From: Harriotta raleighana
Lineage: Eukaryota
Reading direction: 5' to 3'
Length of the DNA stretch: 64,000 nt
Assembly: GCA_050575255.1 (NCBI GenBank)
Contig: JBNZDD010013720.1
Coordinates: forward strand, 9,101,767 to 9,165,766
Positions within the stretch are counted from its first letter, which is position 1. Every line of letters begins with the position of its first letter. This document shows positions 63,480 to 64,000 of the stretch, one piece after another. The translations under genes were made by a program, and so were the position numbers. The notes beneath the pieces are model-generated. The model ran no database searches. It saw nothing but the letters and a program-made list of their open reading frames with translations, and was not told the origin of the DNA.

Positions 63480-63672
63480 CAGTACTTGAACATTTTCAAG
63501 GCTGAGACTGATAGATTTTTTTTAAAATAGAGGGATTAGGAGATATGGGGATAGGGCAGGTAATTAGAGTTAGGTCAGAAGATCAGCCATGATCTTATTG
63601 AATGGCGGGGCAGGCTCGAAGGCCGAATGGCCTACTCCTGCTCCTAATTCTTATATTCTTATGTTCTTATGT
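63480..63672 (+). mobile_element. CR1 LINE 3' end
   Basis: GATCAGCCATGATCTTATTGAATGGCGGGGCAGGCTCGAAGGCCGAATGGCCTACTCCTGCTCC followed by TTCTTAT(A/G) terminal repeats. Confidence 0.85.
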
Positions 63673-64000
63673 ACTCAATGTAATCAGATGCATAATTTCA
63701 GAAGAGATGTTTCAGGTTAAAGGTTCGAATTTCTTCCCAGCCAAGCTGGCACTAAACCCAAGAAAGAATGACAAAGTGATTCGAGAAGTTACATTAATTA
63801 CTGTTTCCACTAAGGCATGAAAGTTTCATGTACTCTCCTGAGATATCCTGATACTTTCATGATCAAAGTGTTTTACTTGGTCAAACTAAAATTTACTGCA
63901 TAAATTTAGAAGAGATCTTAGACGTTAAAGGTTGGAAACAGTCCTATCAGTAGAAATGGGCTGTATGTACAAACCAGGTTTGAAATCCATTCCACAGAAG

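Noticed and set aside
50192-64000. FARP1 exon 3 (..GDYFGLEF..) or another gene
   Set aside because: No matching peptide or convincing exon found; treated as intron 3 (more than 13.8 kb).

Overview
AT-rich vertebrate genomic DNA. The repeat content (Deu-type tRNA-SINE, L2, CR1, Tigger-like MITEs) points to a cartilaginous fish, possibly a chimaera; that is inference. The whole window lies inside one minus-strand gene, FARP1. I traced 18 consecutive coding exons (exons 4-21 in human numbering, 50191 down to 925). All have GT-AG boundaries and join in frame, encoding FERM, FERM-adjacent, linker, DH and the start of PH1. Exons 1-3 and 22 onward were not found in the window. The main finding is that exon 13 has a weak donor (CAG|GTCCAG) and reads through for about 340 more codons to a stop at 38038. 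That tail carries motifs matching, from memory, the terminal exon of the paralog FRMD7 (SSSSIPYI; ESSDSDSEVINP; SPMPRSKFSFGSLQLDDEEE). The locus may therefore encode both a FARP1 RhoGEF-type protein and a GEF-less FRMD7-like isoform. Intron 13 also holds phase-compatible candidate small exons. The introns contain many SINE/LINE/MITE copies, several nested insertions, a solo LTR with TSD, and single-N duplications that look like assembly artefacts. Comparisons to human proteins and repeat families are from memory and need database confirmation; repeat boundaries are approximate unless TIR/TSD are stated.
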